DNA from: an uncultured Acidobacteriota bacterium
GTDB taxonomy: Bacteria > Acidobacteriota > Vicinamibacteria > Marinacidobacterales > DATDRI01
Direction: 5' to 3'
Length of the DNA stretch: 64,000 nucleotides
NCBI GenBank assembly: GCA_963722765.1
Contig: CAVROO010000014.1
Location: 450,976 to 514,975 of the forward strand
This document shows, one piece after another, positions 40,025-49,476 of this stretch. Each line of letters begins with the position of its first letter. Position 1 is the first letter of the stretch. The notes beneath the pieces are model-generated. The model saw only the letters and a list, made by a program, of their open reading frames with translations, did no database searches and was not told the origin of the DNA. The position numbers and the translations under genes are program-made.

Positions 40025-43000
40025 ACGGCCAAAAACTGGGATACGCCGGCAGCATCGCCGCGGCGTTTATCAATTCCAAACTCACGCCTCTCTTCTTGTT
40101 CGGTGCGGTGCTTCTGGGGCTCTTCACGCTCTTGATGCTGCCCCGCGAGGAGGAGCCGCAGATCATCGTGCCCATGTTCGACGTCTTCGCGGCCATGCCG
40201 GGCACTTCTGCCAAGGAGATCGAGCAGCGTGTGACGAGCCCCATGGAACAGCTCTTGTTCGAGATCCCCGGCGTGGAGTACATCTATTCCACCTCGAGTC
40301 CCGGCATGAGCATGGCTATTGTTCGCTTTTTCGTGGGCGAAGATGAAGAGGACTCCGCCGTCCGCCTCATGAACAAGCTCCGGGCCAACTTCGATCGGAT
40401 TCCGTCGGGCGCGATGCAGCCTTTGGTCAAGGTCCGTTCCATTGATGACGTTCCCATCCTGGGCTTGACCTTGTGGAGCAAGCGGTACGACCATTTTCAG
40501 CTGCGGCAGGTCGCCGCCGAGCTCGAGACCGCGATCAAGCAGGTGCCCGACGTCAGCGAAGTGACGATCATCGGCGGCGAGCGCCGGCAGGTTCGAGTCC
40601 TTCTCAACCCGTCGGCCATGGTATCCCGAAACCTCTCACCACTCATGATTGCGGGCGCTCTTCAAGCCTCCAATCGGCTCATCGAATCGGGCTCCTTCGC
40701 TTCGAGCAACCAGGAGTTCAAGTTGGATACCGGCGGATGGCTGCGTGATGTCGAAGACGTTGAGAGTGTCGTGGTCGGTGTTTACGAGAACACTCCGGTT
40801 TTCCTGCGAGATGTTGCCGAGATTCGGGACGGTGGCGAAGAACCTTCCAACTACGTGTTATTTGGTGCCGGCGCCGCAGAGGCGGAGCATCTAGACGCCG
40901 AGGGTGCCGAGTGGCCGGCGGTGACCCTCTCGGTCGCCAAGCGCAAGGGCAAGAACGCCGTGGCGGTCAATCATGCCGTCCTTGCGAAAGTCGACTCGCT
41001 CCGGGGCGACATCATACCCGCCGACGTAGAGCTGACCATCACACGGGATTACGGCGAGACGGCAAAGGAAAAAAGCGACGAGCTCCTACTCCATATGCTC
41101 ATCGCCGTCGTCAGTGTGTCGATATTGATCTGGCTCACCCTGGGGCGGCGGGAGTCGATGATCGTCTTGTTGGCTATCCCTGCGACGCTCGCCTTGACGC
41201 TCGCCGTTTTCTACTTCTACGGGTTCACACTCAACCGTATCACTCTCTTCGCTCTCATTTTCTCTATAGGGATCCTCGTCGATGACGCGATCGTGATCGT
41301 GGAGAACATTGCCCGGCATTGCCGTCTGCCGGAGAACAAGGGCCTGAGCACGGCACAAATTGCGGTAAAAGCCGTGGACGAGGTGGGTAACCCGACGATT
41401 CTGGCGACCCTCGCGGTCATCGCCGCCATCTTACCGATGGCCTTTGTGAGCGGTTTGATGGGGCCCTACATGAGACCCATTCCCATCGGAGCAACGGCCG
41501 CCATGGTGTTCTCGTTGATCGTCGCCTTCGTGGTGACACCATGGGCCACGATTCGACTGCTCAAGTGCGAAGGTGGAGAAGAAGACCATCATCATGTGGA
41601 AAGCGCGAGCACCCGCAAGTATCGGCAGGTGATGGGTAAACTGCTCAGTTCCGACAAACACCGGCGGTTTTTCTTGACCGGTGTGGTGGTCCTGCTTCTC
41701 GGATCCATGGCGCTCGTCGGTATCGGATTCGTCGAAGTCAAAATGCTTCCCTTCGATAACAAGAGCGAGTTTCAGGTCATCGTCGATATGCCCGAGGGCA
41801 CGACTCTCGAACAAACCACGCGTGTGACACGAGCTCTCGCCGATGTCGTCGCGAAACAGCCGGAAGTCACCCACTACCAGGTCTATGCCGGAACCTCTGG
41901 TCCCTATAACTTTAACGGGCTGGTACGACACTACTTCTTGCGACAGGGCTCGAACGTGGCCGATATCCAGGTCAACCTCCTCGAAAAGGGGCACCGGAGT
42001 CTCAAGAGTCACGATATTGCCAAACGGCTTCGAGATGAGCTCCTCCCCGTGGCGGAAGAGCATGGTGCCCACATCAAAGTTTCCGAAGTTCCTCCGGGCC
42101 CCCCGGTGCTCCAGACCTTGGTGGCGGAGATTTACGGCCCCAACTACGAGCGGCAGATGGAGATTGCCGGCCTCGTACGGCAGAAAATGGAAGAGCTGGA
42201 CGGCGTCGTTGATGTGGATTGGTACGTGGAAGACGACCAGCTCAAGTACCGTCTCGTTGTGGATCAAGAAAAGGCCGCGCTCAGCGGAGTGCGGCTCGAT
42301 GCGATTGCGCGGACTTTACGGTTGGCCACTTCCGGTGAGACGGCAGGGCTCCTTCACGATGACAAGGAACAAGAGGACATCCCCATCGTGCTGCAGCTCG
42401 ATCGACCGACACGCTCGGATCTGGAACAGCTCCGCGGTCTGCGCGTCATGAGCCGGAGCGGGAACATGATCAGCGTGGGCGACCTGACTCAGGTTGAGGT
42501 CGTACAGCAAGACAAGAGTATCTATCACAAGAACCTTTTGCCGGTGACCTATGTGACCGCCGACGTGGCGGGAGAAATCGAAAGCCCCGTCTATGCCATT
42601 TTGAAGTTGGGCCCCCAGATCGAGGACATGAAGCTGCCGGAAGGCTACTCCATGGTCCAGTACACGGCCAAGGAGCCCTTTTTCACCGACAAATATTCAA
42701 TGAAGTGGGACGGGGAGTGGCACATCACTTATGAAGTCTTTCGCGACCTCGGGCTTGCCTTCGCTGCGGTGCTCATCTTGATCTACATCCTGGTGGTGGC
42801 CTGGTTCCAGTCTTTTCTGGTGCCTTTGGTGATCATGTCCGCCATTCCGTTCTCCTTGGTCGGCATCCTGCCCGCGCACGGCTTCATGGGAGCCTTTTTC
42901 ACCGCAACGTCGATGATCGGTTTCATCGCCGGGGCGGGTATCGTGGTTCGGAACTCCATCATCTTGGTCGATTTCATCGAGCTCCGGTTGAACGAAGGGA

Positions 43001-43248
43001 TGCCGCTGGACGAGGCAGTCGTCGATGCCGGCGCCGTTCGGTTCCGACCGATGGTGCTGACCGCGGCGGCCGTGGTCGTGGCGGCGGCGGTCATACTGTT
43101 CGATCCGATTTTCCAAGGACTGGCGATTGCCTTGATGGCGGGTGAGGTCGCTTCACTCCTTTTGTCCCGTGTCACGGTGCCCGTCGTCTACTTCATGATG
43201 AAACGGAGACAGTTGAGAACGTCCCCGTCCGGAGGAGAAGCAAAATGA
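40021..43248 (+). CDS. efflux RND transporter permease subunit
   Basis: An intact 1075-aa ORF with 12-TM RND layout ('[17 protein letters not shown]', '[20 protein letters not shown]'). Confidence 0.9.
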   Translation: MNGQKLGYAGSIAAAFINSKLTPLFLFGAVLLGLFTLLMLPREEEPQIIVPMFDVFAAMPGTSAKEIEQRVTSPMEQLLFEIPGVEYIYSTSSPGMSMAIVRFFVGEDEEDSAVRLMNKLRANFDRIPSGAMQPLVKVRSIDDVPILGLTLWSKRYDHFQLRQVAAELETAIKQVPDVSEVTIIGGERRQVRVLLNPSAMVSRNLSPLMIAGALQASNRLIESGSFASSNQEFKLDTGGWLRDVEDVESVVVGVYENTPVFLRDVAEIRDGGEEPSNYVLFGAGAAEAEHLDAEGAEWPAVTLSVAKRKGKNAVAVNHAVLAKVDSLRGDIIPADVELTITRDYGETAKEKSDELLLHMLIAVVSVSILIWLTLGRRESMIVLLAIPATLALTLAVFYFYGFTLNRITLFALIFSIGILVDDAIVIVENIARHCRLPENKGLSTAQIAVKAVDEVGNPTILATLAVIAAILPMAFVSGLMGPYMRPIPIGATAAMVFSLIVAFVVTPWATIRLLKCEGGEEDHHHVESASTRKYRQVMGKLLSSDKHRRFFLTGVVVLLLGSMALVGIGFVEVKMLPFDNKSEFQVIVDMPEGTTLEQTTRVTRALADVVAKQPEVTHYQVYAGTSGPYNFNGLVRHYFLRQGSNVADIQVNLLEKGHRSLKSHDIAKRLRDELLPVAEEHGAHIKVSEVPPGPPVLQTLVAEIYGPNYERQMEIAGLVRQKMEELDGVVDVDWYVEDDQLKYRLVVDQEKAALSGVRLDAIARTLRLATSGETAGLLHDDKEQEDIPIVLQLDRPTRSDLEQLRGLRVMSRSGNMISVGDLTQVEVVQQDKSIYHKNLLPVTYVTADVAGEIESPVYAILKLGPQIEDMKLPEGYSMVQYTAKEPFFTDKYSMKWDGEWHITYEVFRDLGLAFAAVLILIYILVVAWFQSFLVPLVIMSAIPFSLVGILPAHGFMGAFFTATSMIGFIAGAGIVVRNSIILVDFIELRLNEGMPLDEAVVDAGAVRFRPMVLTAAAVVVAAAVILFDPIFQGLAIALMAGEVASLLLSRVTVPVVYFMMKRRQLRTSPSGGEAK

Positions 43249-43306
43249 GCGCGTTTCTTCGGAAGAGGATTTTTGTGATACCAAAATTAGAAAATGGAGA
43301 AAAAAA

Positions 43307-43495
43307 ATGAATGTAGATCGTTATCTTCGGATGATTGCTGGTTTTTTCGTCATGCTCTCCGTAGCTTTGGGCTATTGGGTGAGCCCCTATTTTTTCCTAT
43401 TCACGGCTTTTGTGGGATTGAATCTCTTCCAGTCGTCGTTTTCGAACTGGTGTCCCATGATGACGTTCTTGAAAAAGGCAGGGGTAAAAGGGTAA
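43307..43495 (+). CDS. DUF2892 (YgaP-like) small membrane protein
   Basis: 62 aa: 'MNVDRYLRMIAGFFVMLSVALGYW...GLNLFQSSFSNWCPMMTFLKK' matches the NxDRxxR...G...CP pattern of DUF2892. Confidence 0.7.
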   Translation: MNVDRYLRMIAGFFVMLSVALGYWVSPYFFLFTAFVGLNLFQSSFSNWCPMMTFLKKAGVKG

Positions 43496-43503
43496 AAGGG
43501 GAT

Positions 43504-43575
43504 AGAACTCGAGAACTCAAGGACTCGAGAACTCTGAATGAACTGGAGGGCGGCCGAGCCGCCGCCATCAGGAAA
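43504..43575 (-). repeat. intergenic element R2 (arm then core on + strand; short core)
   Basis: AGAACTCGAGAACTCAAGGACTCGAGAACTC, then TGAATGAACTGGAGGGCGGCCGAGCCGCCGCCATCAGGAAA. It is the reverse orientation of R1/R3/R4. Confidence 0.6.
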
Positions 43576-43633
43576 CCAAGTCTATGAAGATGCCGGTAGA
43601 ACTTAGGTATAAGATGAACGTGTAGGGAGAATA

Positions 43634-43843
43634 GTGATGCCGATTTTCGAGTATCAGTGTCAAGACTGTAATGAGGTCTTCGAATCGCTGCAGTTGAGCC
43701 GCAGTCGCGATGTGGAAACGGAATGTCCTCATTGCGGATCGGACCACACGGAACGCATGGTCTCTTCCTTTGCCACGAGCGGAGGAGGAAACGGATTCAA
43801 TGTCGGCTCGAGCTGCGGACCGAGCGGCTCCGGCTTCAGCTGA
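43634..43843 (+). CDS. FmdB-family zinc-ribbon putative regulatory protein
   Basis: 'MPIFEYQCQDCNEVFE...ECPHCGS' is the CxxC...CxxC FmdB signature. The tail is Gly/Ser-rich. Confidence 0.8.
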   Translation: MMPIFEYQCQDCNEVFESLQLSRSRDVETECPHCGSDHTERMVSSFATSGGGNGFNVGSSCGPSGSGFS

Positions 43844-43945
43844 GGCTAGCGAGACTCACCCGTTGGGTGAGAAAGACCTTTCTTGGGCGGCCCTGTCGCT
43901 ACTGTTTGATGGTGCGACACTGCCGCACCCCTTCACGTCTTTTTA

Positions 43946-44020
43946 TTTCCGGATAACGACGGCAAAGCCGTCCGCCGTTCTCCTTCTGAGTTCTTGAGTG
44001 CTCGAGTCCTTGAGTTCTCT
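43946..44020 (+). repeat. intergenic element R3 (core then GAGTTCT arm)
   Basis: ATTTCCGGATAACGACGGCAAAGCCGTCCGCCGTTCTCCTTC, then TGAGTTCTTGAGTGCTCGAGTCCTTGAGTTCTC. Confidence 0.6.
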
Positions 44021-44030
44021 ATTGAGCTGC

Positions 44031-44768
44031 TTACACCTTCCTCGCCACCACAAAAAGCGAGCTTCCCAAGGGCATTGGGATTCCGTGATAGATGAACATG
44101 TTCTCGAGGAAATTGCGGTAGGTGAGAAGCGTGTTCACGCTCTTCGGTAGCGCCTTCAGATCGGATTCGGGTTCCTTGGGAGAAGTGAACCTGGAAAAAA
44201 GCTTCATTAAAACAATCGATGTAAACAGAAAAGGAAGCCGATAGCTCGATACGCCGACCTCGAAACCGGCGTTTTGCAGCTGGCGGCCAAAGGGTTTCTT
44301 TCTGCACCGTCTGACGGTTCGAACGACGATATCGTGGTGCCGTGCCAGCACATCGAAGGCAGGTAGATTCAGGATGAGAATGCCCTTGTTCCTGAGACAG
44401 GAGTGGAATTTTCTTAGAATCGCGTCTACGTCTGGAACCGCTTCGTGGCAAAGGACATCGATGCAGGTGGCGATATCGTAGGTGTTGGATGGAGGTTCCC
44501 AGTCGTTGATATCCTGGATCGTGACATTCTCATGACCGCGCTCGCGGCTGAAACGGATCGCGTCTTCGGAAAAATCGAATCCGGTCACGTCTCCATAGCG
44601 GCTCATGATTGACATGAGCTTTCCGCTCCCGCAGCCCGCGTCAATGATATTCGGGCGAGAGGTCTGAGCTTTGAACCGAACATAGCGTTCGATGAGCTCG
44701 TGAAGACCGCGGTACCACCAGTACTCGTCCTCGAGCTCGAACATGTTGCTGTATTCTTGTTTCCACAT
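44031..44768 (-). CDS. class I SAM-dependent methyltransferase
   Basis: Motif I 'IIDAGCGSGKL', followed by 'VTGFDFSEDAI' and 'YDIATCIDVLCH'. Confidence 0.8.
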   Translation of the reverse strand: MWKQEYSNMFELEDEYWWYRGLHELIERYVRFKAQTSRPNIIDAGCGSGKLMSIMSRYGDVTGFDFSEDAIRFSRERGHENVTIQDINDWEPPSNTYDIATCIDVLCHEAVPDVDAILRKFHSCLRNKGILILNLPAFDVLARHHDIVVRTVRRCRKKPFGRQLQNAGFEVGVSSYRLPFLFTSIVLMKLFSRFTSPKEPESDLKALPKSVNTLLTYRNFLENMFIYHGIPMPLGSSLFVVARKV

Positions 44769-44804
44769 CGTTTCTTCAGCTCGCTGGCAGATCTTCGCGA
44801 CGAT

Positions 44805-46370
44805 TCAGATCCGGCGGTCAACGTCGGGAAAGCTCCGCCACACGGAAACTCCGCAGAATCTGTCCCCCTCGGTACATCGAGGCGAGACCACACCGTTGCG
44901 GACAACGCATGGCGGTCCCATGTGGGCGGCGATTCGCGGGTGGACCCGTCGTACTTGATCGAGCTCCTCCATGGATGCCTGGTAGATTTCTTCTTGGGCA
45001 TTGAAACAGGTTCGCATGGTCCACTTGTGCATGAGATGTATGAGAGAGCCCGATTCGACAAAGCGCAGGGCCTTGGCGTTGGGAAGGACATAGATCGCCC
45101 ACTCGAGCGGTACGCCGAGCGCCAGTAAGCGATTCTTGGCGTTCCAGCTCGCTTCCATGGCTTCACGGAAAACCGAGGACGCCTCATCGTTTCCTGCAAT
45201 CAACATTGGGACCATGTAATCCGGCTGCTCGGTATCGGTCAGCGTCATCAGGGGCCGGGAAGCGGGAACCATGCGATGGCGTTGGTCTTGCGAATCCGCG
45301 GTGTGGCTGACCTTTTTCATGAACGTGTAGTGCGCGTGTTCGAGCGTCCGCATTAGGGGTGAATGCGTCGAAACATTGAGCGTGTCGGTGCGCAAAGGGT
45401 TGAGATGGGCGTCGAGTAGACGGGCCAGGGCGGTCTCAGTGGCTACCTGTTCCCTTGTGACTCCGAGCACCGCTCTCGCGGCTTCGGCGATGATTTCTTC
45501 GGCGCCTTCCGAGGTGTCGATAAGCTTCGAGACCCGCCCTTCCAGTTTTTCGTCGAACTCGCGGCAGAAGTCCTCCGAGTTTTCCTGCACTCCCGGAAAC
45601 GTCCGTTCCGGCAGGTCTTCGCCACCGAGCGGCCGTTCTCCTATTTTTTCGAAGAAGGCCGGGTCCACGGCTCGCACCGCCTTCACCATGGCGTCAACAA
45701 CCCGGGCTGCTTCGTATGGGACGTCGTTCGCCGCCTGCATGCGCCGGAGCCGATGAAGAGTGATTCCAGAGACCGTGTGCACCATCGAAGTGAAAGCAGC
45801 GAGCGGGATGACGTAACGTGCGATCTCGAATGCTTTTTTTTCCGCTTCGCGTTCGATTTTCTTTCGGCGCTTTTTACCTCCGCCGTCACGGAAGTGGCGA
45901 AGCTCGGACAAGATGCGCCAGGTGTCTTTCTTGAGGATATCCGTGAGTCGCCGGTAGGTGTTCCAAGCGCCATGTACGGCCGCTTCGTAAACTTCGAGGG
46001 CCTCCCCTTCGATGGGGGGGACGAAGACCCGTACTTCGTCGAGGCGCACGAATCGCTGTGACGATTGTTCCGAGTTATAAAAAGGATGACTGTGGAGGAG
46101 ACTCCAAACGAGTTGGCGCGAAATATTCTCCAAGCCAAAGGCGAAATGGGCGTGTTGATAGACGGTATGGTGCCCGCCGCCGAAGGTGGCCCGGCTGATG
46201 GAATCGCGTTGCTTGTCCGTGACCTCGGAGGTTTCGACCACGCGCGGCATGTAGCAAGTGCGAGCCGCCGCAATGGAAAGGTCAAAGGCGTCTTCAAAAA
46301 AAGACAGCAATCGAACGCGGGGTCCCTCTCGAACGAGCCGGTCGTGATTTACCATGGTTGAGCGGGCCAA
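44805..46370 (-). CDS. tandem-domain ThyX-like (FAD-dependent thymidylate synthase family) protein
   Basis: 521 aa. The first half has 'ISRQLVWSLLHSHPFYNSEQSSQRFV' (S..S.R retained, RHR replaced by HSH). The second half has 'VSHTADSQDQRHRMVPASRP' (RHR present). Confidence 0.65.
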   Translation of the reverse strand: MARSTMVNHDRLVREGPRVRLLSFFEDAFDLSIAAARTCYMPRVVETSEVTDKQRDSISRATFGGGHHTVYQHAHFAFGLENISRQLVWSLLHSHPFYNSEQSSQRFVRLDEVRVFVPPIEGEALEVYEAAVHGAWNTYRRLTDILKKDTWRILSELRHFRDGGGKKRRKKIEREAEKKAFEIARYVIPLAAFTSMVHTVSGITLHRLRRMQAANDVPYEAARVVDAMVKAVRAVDPAFFEKIGERPLGGEDLPERTFPGVQENSEDFCREFDEKLEGRVSKLIDTSEGAEEIIAEAARAVLGVTREQVATETALARLLDAHLNPLRTDTLNVSTHSPLMRTLEHAHYTFMKKVSHTADSQDQRHRMVPASRPLMTLTDTEQPDYMVPMLIAGNDEASSVFREAMEASWNAKNRLLALGVPLEWAIYVLPNAKALRFVESGSLIHLMHKWTMRTCFNAQEEIYQASMEELDQVRRVHPRIAAHMGPPCVVRNGVVSPRCTEGDRFCGVSVWRSFPDVDRRI

Positions 46371-46470
46371 TCCTACACCAATTTGGGGTCACGTGGGTGA
46401 AAAGGCGAGGAGGCGGGCGCGTTTCAGCCGCCTTGCCATCACGTTATGATGGGCTCCCATGGAGGGAGTT

Positions 46471-48253
46471 ATGAGCCGCCTAAATGTCCTTGTCGTTTTT
46501 CTTTTTCTGGTTACCCAAGGTGTTTCAACCCAGGCCGCGGACGAAGCTGCTTTGCTGCGAGAGGTTCTCCCGCAGGAGCTCGAGCGTCATGCAAAGGAGA
46601 TCGTGAAGCACGTTCGTCCCTCCGGGAGCCCCGGGGAGTTCGCCGCCATCGATTACGTGGTCAAGACGCTCCGCTCCGAGGCTATTCCCGTGGATGTGCA
46701 TGAGTTCTCCGCCTATGTGAGCGATCCCGTCCGAGCCTCGCTTCGGTTGGACGGCGCCGAGCCCAAGGAGTGGCAGGCCTTGACCCAGGCCTTTTCGGTC
46801 TCGACTGGACCGGAGGGTCTCACGGGCGAGCTCGTCGATTGCGGAAAAGGTGGAGCGGAAGACTACGCCCGCTGCGACACGCGGGGAAAGATCGCCTTTT
46901 TGGATGCGCGAGCGGGTCCGGATGAGCTACGAGCCGCACAGTTGGCGGGAGCCGCCGGAGCGGTTTTCGTGTCGAGCTCAGAGCGAATCAACGAGATGAC
47001 CGTGGGGCCGATCTGGGGTACACCTACACACAAGGACTACACCGAGCTTCCCTCGATTCCGAGTGTCGCAGTCGCAAAGGCATCGGGAGCCGAGCTCCGG
47101 AAGCTCATGACCGGAGGACCTTTGTCGGTTCGCCTGGAGACCGAGCTCGATGTGGGCTTGAAGACGCTCCGAGTGACGGTCGCAACGGTTCGTAGTGCCA
47201 AGGATCCCGAGGGATTCGTCCTCGTGGGAGGACATATGGACGCGTGGCATCATGGTGCGACCGACGAGGGAACCTCCAACGCCGCGATGGTGGAACTGGC
47301 CCGGATCTTCTACCGGCATCGGGCCGAGCTCGAACGGGGACTCAAAGTGGCGTGGTGGACGGGCCACTCGAATGGTCGCTACGCCGGCTCCACCTGGTTT
47401 GCCGACAGGTTCTGGACCGAGCTGAAAGACCATGCGTTGGCCTACCTCAATCTGGATGTCATCGGCCAAATCGACGCCAAGATTTATAGTGCGGCTTGCA
47501 CGCCGGAAATGGATGATCTCGCGAAATCCGTGATGAAGGACGTGGTCGGTGTGGACGCGACGACCCGCCGTCCGAGCCGCAATTCCGATCAGTCTTTTTA
47601 CGGTGTGGGTCTACCGCTGCTACAGTTCTATCACGATCGTTTGGAGGAAGATGGCGGCTACTGGTTTTGGCATACTCCCGAGGACACCTACGACAAGATC
47701 GATTTCGACAATCTGACGGCCGAAACGAAGCTCTACGTTGCGGCACTCCATCGCTTGCTGACGAGTCCCTTACCGCCCATGGACCCCGCCGCCACGACCG
47801 CGGAGATCAAGCAATTTTTGGAAGACAAATCGAAAGTTAGCGGTGCTACCGGTTTGTCTTTCGATGCCGCTCTCGAACGAGCGGAGCGCCTTCACAATCT
47901 GGTGGTCAGTCTGCGAGAGCAAGTTCGGCGCAGGTGTGGAAGAGCTGGGAGCGCAAGAAATGTCGAGGCGCTTGGTGCGGCTCGTGCGTCCGGTGCTGCG
48001 GGTGGTCTATCAAGAGAGCGGACCTTATCATCAAGACCCGGCGCTCTCCACCAAGAAAATGCCGGGACTGTCGGCACTGGATGACCTCGGGCTTCTCGAC
48101 CCCGAAAGTAACTTGTATCGGTTCACCGAGACCTATCTGGTGCGTGAGTTGAACCGGATCATCGATCATCTGGACCAGGCGCTCCGAGAAGGGGAGAGTC
48201 TGGCGGGCGATCTGACGGTATCTTTGCCGACGGAGAGCAGCACGCAACACTAG
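46471..48253 (+). CDS. M28-family peptidase with PA and transferrin-receptor-like dimerisation domains; 1 frame disruption
   Basis: A signal peptide is followed by 'VGGHMDAWHHGATDEGTSNAAMVELARIF' and 'WWTGHSNGRYAGSTWF'. The C-terminal 110 aa (frame of ORF 47843..48253) join at about 47905-47920. Confidence 0.75.
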
Positions 48254-48276
48254 TTATCCGGTTAACGCTCGAAAAA

Positions 48277-48330
48277 GGGACAGGTCCGTTTTTGGTGCAC
48301 GTTTCGCTTTGCCAAAAAGGGACCTGTCCC
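48277..48330 (-). repeat. solo copy of the MITE core hairpin (reverse orientation)
   Basis: GGGACAGGTCCGTTTTTGG-tgcacgtttcgctttg-CCAAAAAGGGACCTGTCCC. The 19-bp arms have a single central G.G mismatch. It lies between the convergent M28 and Grx-like genes. Confidence 0.6.
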
Positions 48331-48393
48331 TTTATTCGGGTATCTATAAAATCGAGGACTGATAAAATCCGGCGACCGCCGGACTCAGACCCC

Positions 48394-48609
48394 TCAGGTA
48401 CCGCCGTAGCCGACGGTGACCTTTCCGCCCTCGACGATGACGGGTACTTCACGTCGTCCATTCGTGGCGTCCAGCATCTGCTGCATGCCCTCGGCGTCGT
48501 ACTGCACGTCGATGTATCGAACGTCGTTGCTTTTTTTGGCGTAGTCCGCACGGGCCGCCTCGGTGTGAGGTCAGCCTGCCTTTCCGTAGATCAAGATTTC
48601 TTCTGCCAT
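48394..48609 (-). CDS. glutaredoxin/NrdH-like small redox protein with in-frame TGA at the active-site Cys position (candidate selenoprotein)
   Basis: My own translation, not in the ORF track: ATG 48609 MAEEILIYGKAG-TGA(48573..48571)-PHTEAARADYAKKSNDVRYIDVQYDAEGMQQMLDATNGRREVPVIVEGGKVTVGYGGT-TGA(48396..48394). The layout matches small Grx-like proteins (..LYxKxGCPxC....VPVIVxxGxVxxGFGG). Confidence 0.55.
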
Positions 48610-48671
48610 GCAAGTAATCCTACCAGATAAGGGATACATCTTAGAAACAGCAAAAAGTCCGCTGTCAAATA

Positions 48672-49448
48672 TCAGTCCATCGACTGACCGCCACACAGAT
48701 TGTAGGTTTGGCCGGTGATGCCCGAGGCGTCGTTCGATGACAGGTAGAGAACGAGCTTGGCGACTTCTTCCGGCTCGATGAACCGGCGAATCGGCACTGC
48801 ATCGATGGCCTGTTCACGAAATTCTTCCGGTGTGATCCCCATAACCTCGGCGGTCTCGCGAATACCCTTATCGGCCATATCGGTCGAGACCCATCCCGGG
48901 CTGATGGCATTGACGGTAATACCCCGTGAAACGAGCTCGAGCGCCAGGGCGCGGGTGAGACCGATCACCCCATGTTTAGACGTGCAGTAAGCCGCGTATC
49001 CTGGTACTCCAAAGCGGCCCAAGACCGAGGAAATATTTATGATGCGACCCGAGCCCGAGTTCATCAGCTCGAGGCTCTCCTTGGTAACGTAATAGGCTCC
49101 GGTAAGATTGGTGGACAAGATGTCGTGCCAGAGGTCGTCGGAGGGATCGTCCATCGGGGTTCGCCCTGAAGCACCGGCATTGTTTACTAGAATGTCGAGC
49201 TTGCCCCAGGTGTGGCTCAGCTTTTGAAGGGCCTTTTCGACTTGGTTTTTGGCAGTCACATCACATGGAATGGCAACTGCCCTCCCATCGCCTTGATTCA
49301 TTTCTTTCGCCAGAGCTTCGAGGTTCTCCTGACTGCGGGCGCAAAGGGCTACCCATGCGCCCTCGTCTGCAAACGTCTTGGCGATAGCTCGGCCGATCCC
49401 GCGGCTGGCTCCGGTAACGAGCACGACTTTGCTGATAAAACGCTTCAA
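48672..49448 (-). CDS. SDR family oxidoreductase (FabG-like)
   Basis: 'VVLVTGASRGIGRAIA' (TGxxxGxG), 'NNAG' and the catalytic motif 'YCTSKHG' (YxxxK). Confidence 0.85.
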   Translation of the reverse strand: MKRFISKVVLVTGASRGIGRAIAKTFADEGAWVALCARSQENLEALAKEMNQGDGRAVAIPCDVTAKNQVEKALQKLSHTWGKLDILVNNAGASGRTPMDDPSDDLWHDILSTNLTGAYYVTKESLELMNSGSGRIINISSVLGRFGVPGYAAYCTSKHGVIGLTRALALELVSRGITVNAISPGWVSTDMADKGIRETAEVMGITPEEFREQAIDAVPIRRFIEPEEVAKLVLYLSSNDASGITGQTYNLCGGQSMD

Positions 49449-49476
49449 ATAGTCACTCCCAAATGGTTCCTCTGGT

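Noticed and set aside
18188-48573. Alternative genetic code (TGA read as Trp or Gly) to explain the two in-frame TGAs.
   Set aside because: TGA terminates many well-delimited genes here, including the DAHPS, tyrA, porin, LysW-like, MBL and aminotransferase genes. The genome is GC-rich, unlike known TGA-reassigned lineages. Only two sites are affected.
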